Part shown: positions 18,196-30,442 of the stretch, one piece after another
Position numbering within the stretch: position 1 is the first letter of the stretch
Layout: each line of letters opens with the position of its first letter
NCBI GenBank assembly: GCA_028712885.1
Contig: JAQTPK010000001.1
Coordinates: 109,721-173,720, forward strand
Direction: 5' to 3'
DNA length: 64,000 nt
Source: Syntrophales bacterium
GTDB lineage: Bacteria > Desulfobacterota > Syntrophia > Syntrophales > UBA4778
Translations under genes and position numbers: made by a program
The notes under the pieces: model-generated
The model's database searches: none
Told to the model about the DNA's origin: nothing
The model's input: the letters and a program-made list of their open reading frames with translations, nothing else

Positions 18196-18714
18196 ATGCA
18201 CTCTTCGGAAGCGGTGGAAACCACATCAGTGCGGGCAAAGGATGCAACGAGGGAAGGCAAGTATCTGACTTTCGGACTGGGGGGGGAGGAGTACGGACTT
18301 GAGATTCTGAAAGTCAAGGAAATCATCGGGATCATGAATATCACGTCCGTGCCGCAGACCCCGAAATACGTGAAGGGCGTCATTAACCTTCGGGGCAAGG
18401 TGATCCCGGTCATCGACCTGCGTCTCAAATTCGGAATGGAGCATCTCGAGTATAACGAAAGGACCTGCATCATCGTTGTCGACATCGAGAGCGCAGGGAG
18501 GAGCAAGGTGATCATGGGGATCGTCGTAGATTCGGTTTCCGAAGTTCTGAACATAAAGGGGGAGGAAATCGAAGCGACCCCGACTTTCGGTGTCAGCCTG
18601 AATACAAATTACATCCTCGGCATGGCGAAAGTGAAAGGGACCGTCAAGATACTTCTCGATATCGATAAAGTCCTGACGACGGATGTCGGCATGGCGGAAG
18701 CGATTTCCCACTGA
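18196..18714 (+). CDS. cheW: Chemotaxis coupling protein CheW
   Basis: YLTFGL..EEYG, VKGVINLRGKVIPVIDLR, GIVVDSVSEV; AGGAGG RBS. Confidence 0.95.
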   Translation: MHSSEAVETTSVRAKDATREGKYLTFGLGGEEYGLEILKVKEIIGIMNITSVPQTPKYVKGVINLRGKVIPVIDLRLKFGMEHLEYNERTCIIVVDIESAGRSKVIMGIVVDSVSEVLNIKGEEIEATPTFGVSLNTNYILGMAKVKGTVKILLDIDKVLTTDVGMAEAISH

Positions 18715-18798
18715 CGCGCGGCGTATCCGCCGGCATGTTGCGGAACCCGGAAATTTTTTGTTTGTACGGCGGATAATGGATTCGAAGCGGGAGAGGAC

Positions 18799-19617
18799 GT
18801 GAAATCGCTGGAATTAAGGGATATCGATTTCGATAAGATCCGAAAGCTGGTTCACAATCTCTCCGGCATAGATCTGCATGACGGAAAAAAGGAGCTGGTG
18901 AAAGCCCGCCTCGGCAAGCGGTTGAGGCACGGGAACTTCGAAAGCTTCGCCGATTATTACAAGTACGTGACGACGGAGGAAGGTTCGGAAGAGCTGATCT
19001 CCATGATCGACTCGATATCCACGAACCTTACGAGCTTTTTTCGAGAAGAGAGCCATTTCAAGAAACTCCGTCAGGTTATGCCTTCCATGCTGAAAATGGG
19101 GGGATCGGTTCCGAAGTTCAGGATATGGTGCGCCGGGTGTTCAACAGGGGAGGAGGCGTACTCGATCGCTATGGTCTTGCGCGAATCGATCGGGGAGAAG
19201 CCGGTCGATCTCCGGATCTGGTCGACAGATATTTCCACCAAAGTCCTGAAGACCGCCTCCGCGGGGATTTATCCGGTCGAAAGAGTAAAAAAAATTCCTC
19301 CCGATCTGATCATGAAGTACTTCGCCGTGGGGCAGGGCGAATGGGCGGGATATTATCGCGTCAAGAAAAACATCCGGGACTGTATCGAGTTCAGCCGGTT
19401 CAACCTGATGGATCCTCCGCCTCCCGGAGATGCCTTCGACGTGATCTTCTGCAGGAACGTGATGATCTATTTCAACAAAGCGACGCAAGCCGCTCTGGTA
19501 AACCGGTTTTATGGACGGATGAAGCAGGGGGGGCACCTCTTTATCGGGCATTCGGAAAGCCTTACGGGTCTTGTACATAATTTCAAGTATATAGAGCCGA
19601 GCGTGTATAGAAAGTAG
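18799..19617 (+). CDS. cheR: Chemotaxis methyltransferase CheR
   Basis: STNLTSFFRE, WCAGCSTGEEAYS, TDIS, IFCRNVMIYF, GHSESL. Confidence 0.95.
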   Translation: MKSLELRDIDFDKIRKLVHNLSGIDLHDGKKELVKARLGKRLRHGNFESFADYYKYVTTEEGSEELISMIDSISTNLTSFFREESHFKKLRQVMPSMLKMGGSVPKFRIWCAGCSTGEEAYSIAMVLRESIGEKPVDLRIWSTDISTKVLKTASAGIYPVERVKKIPPDLIMKYFAVGQGEWAGYYRVKKNIRDCIEFSRFNLMDPPPPGDAFDVIFCRNVMIYFNKATQAALVNRFYGRMKQGGHLFIGHSESLTGLVHNFKYIEPSVYRK

Positions 19618-19625
19618 CGTGTTTT

Positions 19626-20108
19626 ATGGCGGAACTGGTTGTGGGCGTGGCCGATCTGAAAGTGAGCGATAATCCGCACGACATCCTGGTTACCTATGCC
19701 CTGGGGTCCTGCATCGGCGTCGCCGTCTTCGATCCCGTATCAAAGGTAGGCGGACTGATCCATTTCATGCTCCCCGATTCCACGCTGGATCCGGAAAAGG
19801 CCAGGGAAAAACCGGCGATGTTCGCCGATACCGGAATTCCCATGCTCTTCAAATCATGTTACGAGCTGGGCGCCGAAAAAAAACGCATCCTCGTGAAGGT
19901 TGCGGGAGGGGCGAGCATCCTTGAAGATTCGAATTATTTCCGGATCGGGCAGAAGAACATCATGGCCCTCCGGAAGATCTTCTGGAAGAACAACGTTCTC
20001 ATCGCGGCCGAAAATACGGGGAAAAACTGTAATCGGACCGTCCGTCTCCATGTGGGCACGGGAGAGGTATGCGTCAGAATACCCGGCGAGGAAATGATCA
20101 AGCTATGA
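19626..20108 (+). CDS. cheD: Chemoreceptor glutamine deamidase CheD
   Basis: LGSCIGV, GLIHFMLP, FADTG, KVAGGA, IGQKN. Confidence 0.92.
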   Translation: MAELVVGVADLKVSDNPHDILVTYALGSCIGVAVFDPVSKVGGLIHFMLPDSTLDPEKAREKPAMFADTGIPMLFKSCYELGAEKKRILVKVAGGASILEDSNYFRIGQKNIMALRKIFWKNNVLIAAENTGKNCNRTVRLHVGTGEVCVRIPGEEMIKL

Positions 20109-20950
20109 AAACGATGGATCGCATCCTGAGATCGATCAAGAACATTCCGGCGTTTCCGGCAACCGCGCAGAAAGTCGCCGCCGTAATGGGCAATCCCGAT
20201 TACTCGATCACGCACGTTGTGAACATAATCAAGTTTGACGCCTCGATCACGGCCAATATTCTCCGCATCGCCAATTCAGCGTACTTCGGAGTGCGCAGAA
20301 TCAGTTCACTTCATGACGCGGTCGTGTTCCTGGGGCAGGAAAACATCGTCCGGGCAATTCAGGTTTCGGGAATATCCAAATATTTCAAAAAGGCGTCCGG
20401 CTACGGGCTCAACGGCCCGGAGCTGTGGAGGCATTCGGTGGGCGTCGCGCTGATGACCCAGATCATCTCCAGGAAGATATCCGGGCGGGAGGATACGAAG
20501 CTGTTTACGGCCGGCCTGCTGCACGACATCGGTAAAGTGATCCTGGGAGAATTTGTCGATGACTCGATCCGCAGGATCAACGGCCTCGTTAACGACCATG
20601 GTTATTCCTTCATCCGCGCCGAAGAGGAGGTCCTCGGCATGAATCACGCCGAGGTCGGCGGCAAAATGGCCCAGCAGTGGAACTTCCCCCAGGATATCCG
20701 CGATTCTATCACGTACCACCACCGCCCGGATCTGATGGAAAAGGGAGAGAACCTTTTCTGCTGGATAATCTATCTGGCGGATCAGGTATGCCTCATGGCG
20801 GGAGTGGGCGGCGGCGCCGACGGCCTTGCCTATTGGGGGCTCAAGGACGTGATCGAGATACTTAAAATCAGGCAGAAAGACGTCGAGATGGGGATTATTG
20901 AACTGCTGAAAGACCTGGAAAGCGCCAAAGAACTGATCGAAATCATATAA
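20105..20950 (+). CDS. HDOD-domain protein
   Basis: IPAFP, ILRIANSAYF, LWRHS, AGLLHDIGK, HAEVG..WNFP..YHH. Confidence 0.9.
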   Translation: MKTMDRILRSIKNIPAFPATAQKVAAVMGNPDYSITHVVNIIKFDASITANILRIANSAYFGVRRISSLHDAVVFLGQENIVRAIQVSGISKYFKKASGYGLNGPELWRHSVGVALMTQIISRKISGREDTKLFTAGLLHDIGKVILGEFVDDSIRRINGLVNDHGYSFIRAEEEVLGMNHAEVGGKMAQQWNFPQDIRDSITYHHRPDLMEKGENLFCWIIYLADQVCLMAGVGGGADGLAYWGLKDVIEILKIRQKDVEMGIIELLKDLESAKELIEII

Positions 20951-20962
20951 CTCGGGTGAACT

Positions 20963-21394
20963 ATGTCATTCAATGTCCTGATTGTAGATGATTCCGCGGC
21001 GATGAGATCCGTTATCAAGAAGATTGTCGCTCTCTCCGGCTTCAAGATGGACCGGTGCCTGGAGGCAGGGAACGGAAAAGAGGCCCTGGAAATCCTTTCC
21101 CATACCTGGGTGGACGTGATCCTGTCGGATCTGAATATGCCGGAAATGGGCGGGATGGAAATGCTGGCCGAGCTCAAGCGGGACAAAATGCTCAAGGAGA
21201 TCCCGGTGATCATCGTGACAACCGAAGGGAGCGAGGACAGGAAACATATGGTCTGCACGATGGGGGCGAGCGGATTCATCAGAAAGCCCTTCCTTCCCGA
21301 AGAGGTCAGGAAGATACTATACCAGGTACTGGGAGTCAATGATGAGGGAAGCTACGGAGAAGAACAGAGTGATAATGCTGGAAGCGATTTTTGA
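20963..21394 (+). CDS. CheY-like single-domain response regulator
   Basis: IVDDS, SDLNMPEMGG, VTTEG, RKPF. Confidence 0.88.
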   Translation: MSFNVLIVDDSAAMRSVIKKIVALSGFKMDRCLEAGNGKEALEILSHTWVDVILSDLNMPEMGGMEMLAELKRDKMLKEIPVIIVTTEGSEDRKHMVCTMGASGFIRKPFLPEEVRKILYQVLGVNDEGSYGEEQSDNAGSDF

Positions 21395-21793
21395 GGTATT
21401 CGAGAAGATGCTTTTTATTTTCCTCGAGCCTTCGACGGAAAAAATCTCGGGCCTTGACCTGGGTGCGTCCATCAGCTTTCAGGACGATAAGCTTCAGGGC
21501 GAGATGCGGCTGCTCTTCTCCACCGATCTCGCCGTGCATATGGCTCAGAATATCCTCAACCCGGAAGACGGACGCGTGACGGAGGAGCAGATAGAGGATT
21601 GCGTAAAAGAGGCCGTCAACATGGTTTGCGGAAATTACCTGAGCAAGCTGGATCCCCGGCGGGTCTTCGATCTGGCCATACCGGTTTTCCTGAAAAAGCC
21701 CGGCAAGACTGTTTCCGGAGACCAGGCATTCAGACTTGACTTCGCATCGGATGACGGGCCCCTCTGTTTCATGATGGGGTCGTCGGTCCGCCG

Positions 21794-21797
<4 letters not shown>
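21339..21797 (+). CDS. cheX: CheX-family phosphatase
   Basis: DCVKEAVNMVCGN (ExxN motif), FDLAIP. Confidence 0.75.
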
Positions 21798-23366
<1,569 letters not shown>

Positions 23367-23369
23367 AAA

Positions 23370-25571
23370 ATGGATACTGATTCCTTGATGAACGAACTGG
23401 ACGAACTGGCCACCGGACTGTTGATCCTCGACAGCAGGACCGTGGACGTGATGACCGCCGGAAAGTTCCTGAATGATCTGGAGCAGATAATTCGGAGCGC
23501 GGGAGCCCTGAACCTTTCTCCCCTGCAGGACGCCGCCCGCGAGCTGTACCGGATGCTGGAGCGGGTAGTCATCGACTACGACGATATAAAGGACCATGAG
23601 GCCGTTTTCTCCCGGCTGGAAAAGGGCATCGGCCGGATGCAGGAGATTGCAAGGACATTCCGCAAAACGGGAGAAATACCGGCGGCGGAGGCAGGTCCGG
23701 AAACGGACCCTCAAGCAGGCGGAGAGGCGCCGCAGGTAAAAGCCGGTCCTTATCCGGCGGAGGGAGAGATCGTGATGCAGGACGAATCCCTCGTCAAGGA
23801 CTTTATCGTCGAGTCCCTCGAATATATAAACGAGATCGAAGTCAACATTCTGAATCTCGAGCAGAATCCGGAGGACAAGGACTTCATCAACGCCATTTTC
23901 CGTCCTTTCCATTCCATCAAGGGGGTGGCGGGATTTCTGAACCTGGAGAAAATACGCGATCTCGCCCACAGCCTGGAAAACGCCCTGGACAGAGTCCGCA
24001 ATGACGAATGGCCGGTTACGACGCAGCTGATCGATATTATCCTGGACGGCGCCGACTCGCTGAAGGGAATGATAGGCAACCTGAAGAGCAGGATGGAAGG
24101 ATCAGGTGAGGAGGTCAATGTTGACGTTACCGATCTCATGAAGCGGCTCAAGCTGATGGAGGAAGACCCCTCAAAGTATTCCGCCGCTCCCGCGAAGGTG
24201 AAAAAAATAGGCGAAATACTGGTCGATGAAGGCGTCGTAGAACCCGAAGCACTCGAGAAGGTACTGGAAGACGCTTCCAGAAAAGATCCGCCGAAAAGGG
24301 TGGGGGAGGCGCTGATCGAGGAGGGCAAGGCGACTCCGAAACAGGTTTCGCAGGCTCTGAGAAAACAGGCCACGCAGGTTTCAGACGCCGCCTCCATCCG
24401 GGTGGACACCCGCAAGCTGGACGACCTGGTGAACATGGTCGGCGAACTCGTTATCACGCAGTCCATGATCCGCCAGAGCCCGTCCGTGCAGTCCAATACG
24501 GAAAGAAAGCTCTTCCGGGACGTCTCGCAGATGACCACGATCACGTCCGAGCTCCAACGCATTTCCATGAGCCTGCGGATGATTCCCATAAAACAGACAT
24601 TTCAGAGGATGTCGAGACTGGTCCGCGATCTTTCGAAAACCGCCGGCAAGCAGGTCAATATCGAGCTGGTGGGCGAGGACACCGAGATCGACCGGAACAT
24701 GGTCGAGGAGATCTATAATCCGCTGGTGCACCTGATCCGCAACTCCGTGGACCACGGGATCGAACCGCCGAAGGACAGGGCGGCAGCCGGAAAGCCGGAA
24801 GCCGGCCTGATCAAGTTGAAAGCATATCACCGCGGCGGTCATATCGTAATTGAAATATTTGACGACGGGCGCGGTCTTAACAGGGAGAAAATCGCGGACA
24901 AGGCGGTCAAAAACGGCCTGATCGAGTCCAAGGAAGGCATGTCCGACCAGGATGTCTACCGTCTTATTTTCATGCCCGGGCTCTCCACCGCGGAAAAGGT
25001 CACCGACGTTTCGGGACGGGGCGTAGGCATGGACGTGGTCAAGCAGGCCGTAGATAAGCTGAGGGGGAAAATAGAAGTGGAATCCGTTCCCGGCAGGGGA
25101 ACGACCTTCGTCACGAGTTTTCCGCTGACGATGGCCATCATCGACGGGATGATCGTGCGCGTCGGCCAGGAGAGATACATTATTCCGACCACCGCGATCC
25201 GGCAGCTGCTTCGTCCGAACCAGGAATCTTTCAACAGCGTGATCGGCAAGGGCGAAGTGGTGAGCATTCGGGGCAAGCTGCTCCCCCTGGTCAGGCTGTA
25301 TGATCTCTTTGATATAGATCCGGAGCGCAGAAATCCATGGGAAGCCATCGTGGTGGTAGTGGACGGAGAGACGCGGTCGAAGTGTCTGCTGGTTGACGAG
25401 ATCATCGGCAAGGAAGAGGTGGTGATCAAGGGACTGGGAGACAGTCTGAAGACGGTGAAAGGGGTCTCGGGCGGGGCGATCATGGGCGACGGCAGCGTCG
25501 GCCTGATCCTCGACCCGGAAGGATTGTTCGAGCTGAGCGAGTCGAGGAGTCGTACGGCTCCCGCGATGTGA
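23370..25571 (+). CDS. cheA: Chemotaxis histidine kinase CheA
   Basis: Hpt IFRPFHSIKG, IRVD..LDDLVN, LIRNSVDHG, DDGRG, SGRGVGMDVV, CheW-like P5 domain. Confidence 0.96.
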   Translation: MDTDSLMNELDELATGLLILDSRTVDVMTAGKFLNDLEQIIRSAGALNLSPLQDAARELYRMLERVVIDYDDIKDHEAVFSRLEKGIGRMQEIARTFRKTGEIPAAEAGPETDPQAGGEAPQVKAGPYPAEGEIVMQDESLVKDFIVESLEYINEIEVNILNLEQNPEDKDFINAIFRPFHSIKGVAGFLNLEKIRDLAHSLENALDRVRNDEWPVTTQLIDIILDGADSLKGMIGNLKSRMEGSGEEVNVDVTDLMKRLKLMEEDPSKYSAAPAKVKKIGEILVDEGVVEPEALEKVLEDASRKDPPKRVGEALIEEGKATPKQVSQALRKQATQVSDAASIRVDTRKLDDLVNMVGELVITQSMIRQSPSVQSNTERKLFRDVSQMTTITSELQRISMSLRMIPIKQTFQRMSRLVRDLSKTAGKQVNIELVGEDTEIDRNMVEEIYNPLVHLIRNSVDHGIEPPKDRAAAGKPEAGLIKLKAYHRGGHIVIEIFDDGRGLNREKIADKAVKNGLIESKEGMSDQDVYRLIFMPGLSTAEKVTDVSGRGVGMDVVKQAVDKLRGKIEVESVPGRGTTFVTSFPLTMAIIDGMIVRVGQERYIIPTTAIRQLLRPNQESFNSVIGKGEVVSIRGKLLPLVRLYDLFDIDPERRNPWEAIVVVVDGETRSKCLLVDEIIGKEEVVIKGLGDSLKTVKGVSGGAIMGDGSVGLILDPEGLFELSESRSRTAPAM

Positions 25572-25634
25572 TGAGCTTAAGATATAGATAAATACATTAA
25601 TTCCCGCAGAAGCGGCGGGGAAGCGGAGGGTGAA

Positions 25635-26021
25635 ATGATCGTAGATAAAAAAATCAAGATTCTTGTCGTCGACGACTTTGCCACGATGAGAAAGGTGATC
25701 CGGAATCTGCTGAAACAGATCGGGTACGATAATGTCATCGAGGCCGAAAATGGACAGATCGCCTTCAAGACGCTGCAGTCGCAGCAGGTGGACTTCATTA
25801 TTTCCGACTGGAACATGCCGACGATGAGCGGGCTGGAGCTCCTGAAAGCGATCCGGGCGGACGCCAATCTCGCCAAGACGCCTTTCCTGATGGTCACCGC
25901 GGAAGCCCTGAAGGAAAACGTGGTGGAAGCGGTAAAGGCGGGCGTGAACAATTATATCGTGAAGCCGTTTACGGCCGAGGTTCTCGAAGGAAAGATCGCG
26001 AAGATTATCGAATCAATATAG
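25635..26021 (+). CDS. cheY: Chemotaxis response regulator CheY
   Basis: VVDDFATMR, SDWNMP, MVTAEA, YIVKPFT. Confidence 0.95.
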   Translation: MIVDKKIKILVVDDFATMRKVIRNLLKQIGYDNVIEAENGQIAFKTLQSQQVDFIISDWNMPTMSGLELLKAIRADANLAKTPFLMVTAEALKENVVEAVKAGVNNYIVKPFTAEVLEGKIAKIIESI

Positions 26022-26037
26022 CAGGAAGGGGAGAAGC

Positions 26038-26496
26038 ATGGACGTCCGATTCATAAATCCGTTCCTGGAAGGTACGAGTAATGTCCTTAAGACAATGGCA
26101 TTCATCGAACCCCGGGCCGGAAAACCGTATCTGAAAAAAGACAGCCTGGCGCGGGGGGATGTTTCCGGCATTATCGGGCTGACGGGAGAGGTGAAAGGCT
26201 CACTGGCGCTCAGTTTCAGTCAGCCGTGTATCCTGAAGATCGTATCAAATATGCTGGGCGAGGAAATAAAGGAAATAAACGGCGACATCAAGGATGCCGT
26301 AGGCGAGCTGACGAACATGGTATCCGGCGTGGCCCGGAAGAAACTCGAAGCCATGGGGCTCACTATCTCCGCCGCGATTCCCACCGTAGTTTCCGGCAAG
26401 GACCACTCCATTGTCCACGTCCTCGGCGGGCCCAGTATTATTATTCCCTTTGAAATCGATGAAGGGTCATTCGTGGTGGATGTGAGCCTTAAATAG
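26038..26496 (+). CDS. cheX: CheX phosphatase
   Basis: FINPF, DVSGIIGLTG, DAVGELTNMVSG, IPTVV. Confidence 0.92.
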   Translation: MDVRFINPFLEGTSNVLKTMAFIEPRAGKPYLKKDSLARGDVSGIIGLTGEVKGSLALSFSQPCILKIVSNMLGEEIKEINGDIKDAVGELTNMVSGVARKKLEAMGLTISAAIPTVVSGKDHSIVHVLGGPSIIIPFEIDEGSFVVDVSLK

Positions 26497-26602
26497 GCTA
26501 AGGCAAAGGGGCGAAAGGCTAAGGGCAGAGGGCTGAAGACAAAAGACCAAGGGAAAGGATCTTATCACCCGCCTTTAGCCCTTAGTCTTTTGCCTTTAGC
26601 CC
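26496..26602. repeat. Heptamer-periodic imperfect inverted repeat between convergent genes
   Basis: GGCTAAGGCAAAGGGGCGAAAGGCTAAGGGCAGAGGGC ... GCCTTTAGCCCTTAGTCTTTTGCCTTTAGCC. Confidence 0.6.
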
Positions 26603-27549
26603 CTTTTTTTGTAAATAAACCTCTCGAACAGGCGGTGGAAGGGGGTCCAGTCGGAATCCGCCTCGCGGGAGAGCTCGATGTGATTCTGAAAAGCGTTCAC
26701 CTTTGCGTCGAGGTCATCCATGAAATGGATGATGAGGGCCTCTACCGTTTTCGGCCGCTTGGGCGATCCGAATTCCAGCTCTCCGTGATGGCTCAGCAGA
26801 ATATGCCTGAGCATGAGAGCGGTCTGCTCCGGAAATCCCGGGATAGCGGCAATCTTCCGGTCAAGCATTTCCAAACCCATGACGACGTGTCCGATCAGCC
26901 GCCCCTCATCCGTGTATTCGATCATTTTCTCCGACGACATCTCATTGATCTTTCCGATATCGTGTAGAATCCCGCCCGCGATGAGCAGATCCGCGTCGAC
27001 GCCCTGGAAATGATCAGCCGCCGATTCCAACAGGCGGACAACGGAAAGGGTATGCTCCAGGAGTCCGCCGATGCAGACGTGGTGAAAACCTTTTGCGGCC
27101 GGGGCCAGCTTGAATTTTCTTGCGACTTCCTCATCGGCGAAGAATTCCGCAAGCAGGCGCCCGATTGCCGGATCTTTTATTTTCGAGATAAAAACCTTCA
27201 GATCCGCAAACATGCTCTCGATATCCCGGCGCGAGGACGGAGAGTAATCGCCCGGATCGATTTCGCTGTCCTCGATCCTGCAGACGTCTGTAATCGAGAG
27301 CTGGATAGTATTTCGAAAACTCGCCGCCCGCGAACGGATGCGGACGACATCCCCCTTTCTGAACAGCGGATCGTACTCCAGGGCCCTGTCCCATATTCTG
27401 CCGTCTATTTCGCCCGTCCTGTCCCTCAGGCGGATGCTCAGGTAGGGAGACCCCTTTTGGGAAAAGGACATATTTTTATCTATGACCAGAAACAAATCAT
27501 GGATCTGGTCGCCCGGCTTGATCTGATTTACAAAATGATTTTTCGCCAT
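26596..27549 (-). CDS. YhaM/Cbf1-family 3'-5' exoribonuclease (OB fold + HD domain)
   Basis: LRDRTGEI..RIW, PAAKGFHH..GGLLEHT, LHDIGK, SHHGELEFGSP, DDLDAK; AGGAG RBS before ATG 27549. Confidence 0.88.
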   Translation of the reverse strand: MAKNHFVNQIKPGDQIHDLFLVIDKNMSFSQKGSPYLSIRLRDRTGEIDGRIWDRALEYDPLFRKGDVVRIRSRAASFRNTIQLSITDVCRIEDSEIDPGDYSPSSRRDIESMFADLKVFISKIKDPAIGRLLAEFFADEEVARKFKLAPAAKGFHHVCIGGLLEHTLSVVRLLESAADHFQGVDADLLIAGGILHDIGKINEMSSEKMIEYTDEGRLIGHVVMGLEMLDRKIAAIPGFPEQTALMLRHILLSHHGELEFGSPKRPKTVEALIIHFMDDLDAKVNAFQNHIELSREADSDWTPFHRLFERFIYKKRG

Positions 27550-27559
27550 GTTTCTCCTT

Positions 27560-28402
27560 TTATTCCGCTCTTGGGCCCCGGAGCCCCGAAACTCTCCTCC
27601 CGCCTGCATACACCCGCATTCTGGTCCCCCGTACGGAGCAGCACAGCGTCATTCCCCGCCTGCCCGCCGATGCGACGGCCTCGGTCGTCGGCGCGGAGTG
27701 GGATACGAGGAAAGATATCCCCATCCAGCCGGCCTTGGAAATCATCTCGGAGGAGATGCGGCCGGTGGTGAGCAGGATCTTGCCGGACAGATCCAGTCCT
27801 TCCAGGACGGACAAACCGGCCAGCATGTCAAGCGTGTTGTGGCGGCCGATATCCTCCCGGGCGGCGATCAGCCGGTCGGGGTCGGCGATGCCGGAGCAGT
27901 GGGTGCCCCGGGTCGATTCGTGCAGTTCCGAGGAAGCAAGCAGCGCCCGCATAAGGGCGTAAACCCTGGCCGGTGTCAAAGCGAAGGTTGCAGCCCTGCG
28001 TCCCGGGCGCCCGGACTTTCTGCCGGAGAGCCTGGCTCCGCTCGATCCGATGGTTTTTACCGAGGGAACCCCGGACGCCGGACAAGGCGCGGCAACCGGG
28101 TGCTGCTGCCCCGGCCCGTTGCGGGTCCGGACAGAAACGGAGTTCTTGGCGAGGCGAATGCTCGTGATGTCGTTTCTGTCCCGGATCCATCCTTCCGCAT
28201 AAAGGTGGCCGACGGCGAGCTCCCGGAGATGTATCCCGGCGCAGGCCAGGGTTACCAGATGTTTCCCGTTCAGGCGCACGGCGAAAGGGACTTCCCGGAT
28301 GATATCCGCCTTGCCCTTCCTGACGCCGTCCCCATCATAAAAAACGGCATCCGCCTTTTTTATCGCCCCCGGGAAACTCTCTTTCGCCGTTCTCTCAGCC
28401 AT
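27560..28402 (-). CDS. fdhD: Formate dehydrogenase accessory sulfurtransferase FdhD
   Basis: ELAVGHLYAEG, T.GTH, REDIGRHNTLD, TGRISSEM..K, SAPT. Confidence 0.9.
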   Translation of the reverse strand: MAERTAKESFPGAIKKADAVFYDGDGVRKGKADIIREVPFAVRLNGKHLVTLACAGIHLRELAVGHLYAEGWIRDRNDITSIRLAKNSVSVRTRNGPGQQHPVAAPCPASGVPSVKTIGSSGARLSGRKSGRPGRRAATFALTPARVYALMRALLASSELHESTRGTHCSGIADPDRLIAAREDIGRHNTLDMLAGLSVLEGLDLSGKILLTTGRISSEMISKAGWMGISFLVSHSAPTTEAVASAGRRGMTLCCSVRGTRMRVYAGGRRVSGLRGPRAE

Positions 28403-28450
28403 ATCTCATGTAAATCCCAAATACGAAACTCAACTTCTCAGCTTCTTTTT

Positions 28451-30358
28451 TTATCCCCGGCTCCGCAATACCCGATAATCCCCCACCCTGATCGTGAACT
28501 TCGCCGTATCGAAATATTCCATCAGCGGAATGATGTACTTCCGGCTGAGCCCGGTAATTTCCCTGAAATCCGGCGGCGCTGCCTTTCCCTTTTTCTTCAA
28601 AAGATCGCCGTAAGACGACTTCAGCTTCTCCAGCGCCTCCCGGTGGAAAAACATGTCCTCGCTTATTTTGACGAGTTTTCCCTCTTTAAGCATGACGTTG
28701 AGGACATCCATCACGGACTGCTTCCGTTCGAAGCGCTCCAGGACATCTCTCACGGACGGAGGAGTCGCGCCGGCTTCGAGATAAATCCGCAGGACCTTTT
28801 CCCGGATTTCCTGCAGTTCGGTCCCGAGTTCTACGCGGTGATCAGGCGTACGGACCATGTCCTTTTCCACGAGAATTCTCCGCCCGTTTTCCAGGTCCCG
28901 GAGCGCCGCGTTGAATAATCGGGGGTCCGGCGCGCCGCGGACAGATTTAAGTTCCTCTTTCGACAGCCCGGGCTTGAGGGGAAATCGGGCCTGGTAGGCC
29001 TTGACCGCTGCGACGAGACTCTCCTGGAGATCGCGGTAAACGGAAGCGGAAACGAAACGTTCACCGTCGCTTTCGATGCGGACGGCCTTCTTTTCGGCCA
29101 GGAGGCGGCGGATCGCCTCCCTGGTTTTCTCCGGGTGAAGACCGGCGCGGACGGAAAGACGGGTCTCCGAAGCGCCCGCAAATCCGGCCCGGTCCAGGAT
29201 AACGAGGGCCTTTTCCAGATCGGCGCCGCGCTCGAGCGTGTCCATGTCCTGAAGGACCCTCCCGGAATTCCTCTTGTGCTTTCCGGGAAGGGGATCGAGG
29301 ACCCCGCCGCCGCCGATCGTGCGGACCGGCGAATAGCTGCGCACGACAAAACGGTCGCCCGACATGGCCACGACGGGACTTTCGAAAAGGATCTGGGCGA
29401 AAGCTTCCTTCCCCGGCTCGATCTGATCGCGGTCGAGGAGGATTATCCGTGAGATCGTTTCTGCCGTTCCCGAGTGGAAACGGACCAGGGATCTGTTCTT
29501 CAGGGGCCGCGGGGCCGAACCGAGATGTATGAAAGCTGCGTCTATGCGCCGGGAAGGCTCCAGGACGCCCGGGCGGCATACCCAATCCCCCCTCTGGACG
29601 GCGCTGCGTTCGACTCCCTGAAGGTTTACCGCCGTTCTTTGCCCCCGCTCAGCGGCCGGTGCGTTTTCGTTATGAATCTGGATTCCCCTCACCCTGGCGG
29701 ACAGCATGCCCGGCAGAATGTCGACGTTGTCTCCAAGCGATATTCTGCCCGAGATGAGGGTGCCCGTCACGACGGTTCCGAATCCCTTGAGCGTGAATAC
29801 CCGGTCCACGGGAAGGCGCAGAAAACCCGTATCAGCCCGATCGGGAATGCGCGCGATCGCTTCGTCCAGGACGGAAATAAATTCCGGGACGCCCTTTCCC
29901 GAAACGGTCGAAACGGGGAGAATGGGCGACCCTTCAAGAAAAGTCCCCCGCATGAACTCCCGAATATCTTCCTGGACCAGCACCAGCCAGTCCTCGTCAA
30001 CCATGTCGATTTTCGTCAGAGCGATCAGACCGAAACGGATTCCGAGCAGGGAACATATTTCAAGATGCTCTCTCGTCTGGGGCATGACGCCTTCGTCTGC
30101 CGCAATCACGAGCACTACGATATCGATGCCGCCGGCGCCGGCCACCATGTTCTTGACAAATCGTTCGTGTCCCGGCACGTCGACAATGCCGACCCGCCGT
30201 CCGCTGGGGAGGTCCGTCCAGGCGAACCCGAGCTCGATAGTGATCCCCCGCTCTTTTTCCTCTTTGAGGCGGTCCGTGTCTATGCCGCTGACGGCCTTTA
30301 CCAGGGAAGTCTTTCCGTGGTCGACATGGCCGGCCGTTCCCAGAATTATGTGTTTCAT
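28451..30358 (-). CDS. selB: Selenocysteine-specific elongation factor SelB
   Basis: [27 protein letters not shown]-terminal winged helices with [13 protein letters not shown]. Confidence 0.96.
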   Translation of the reverse strand: MKHIILGTAGHVDHGKTSLVKAVSGIDTDRLKEEKERGITIELGFAWTDLPSGRRVGIVDVPGHERFVKNMVAGAGGIDIVVLVIAADEGVMPQTREHLEICSLLGIRFGLIALTKIDMVDEDWLVLVQEDIREFMRGTFLEGSPILPVSTVSGKGVPEFISVLDEAIARIPDRADTGFLRLPVDRVFTLKGFGTVVTGTLISGRISLGDNVDILPGMLSARVRGIQIHNENAPAAERGQRTAVNLQGVERSAVQRGDWVCRPGVLEPSRRIDAAFIHLGSAPRPLKNRSLVRFHSGTAETISRIILLDRDQIEPGKEAFAQILFESPVVAMSGDRFVVRSYSPVRTIGGGGVLDPLPGKHKRNSGRVLQDMDTLERGADLEKALVILDRAGFAGASETRLSVRAGLHPEKTREAIRRLLAEKKAVRIESDGERFVSASVYRDLQESLVAAVKAYQARFPLKPGLSKEELKSVRGAPDPRLFNAALRDLENGRRILVEKDMVRTPDHRVELGTELQEIREKVLRIYLEAGATPPSVRDVLERFERKQSVMDVLNVMLKEGKLVKISEDMFFHREALEKLKSSYGDLLKKKGKAAPPDFREITGLSRKYIIPLMEYFDTAKFTIRVGDYRVLRSRG

Positions 30359-30442
30359 TAACGGTTTCCGAGAGGGATTTGATTAATCTGTGTTGAAAAT
30401 ATGTATATTAATACCTGTGAAAAAACAAGGCTCGGGAAAAAA

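Noticed and set aside
27560-30358. Selenoprotein (UGA read-through) or tRNA-Sec near selB
   Set aside because: Neighbouring ORFs are full length with no in-frame UGA in a conserved domain; no tRNA-Sec was seen by eye
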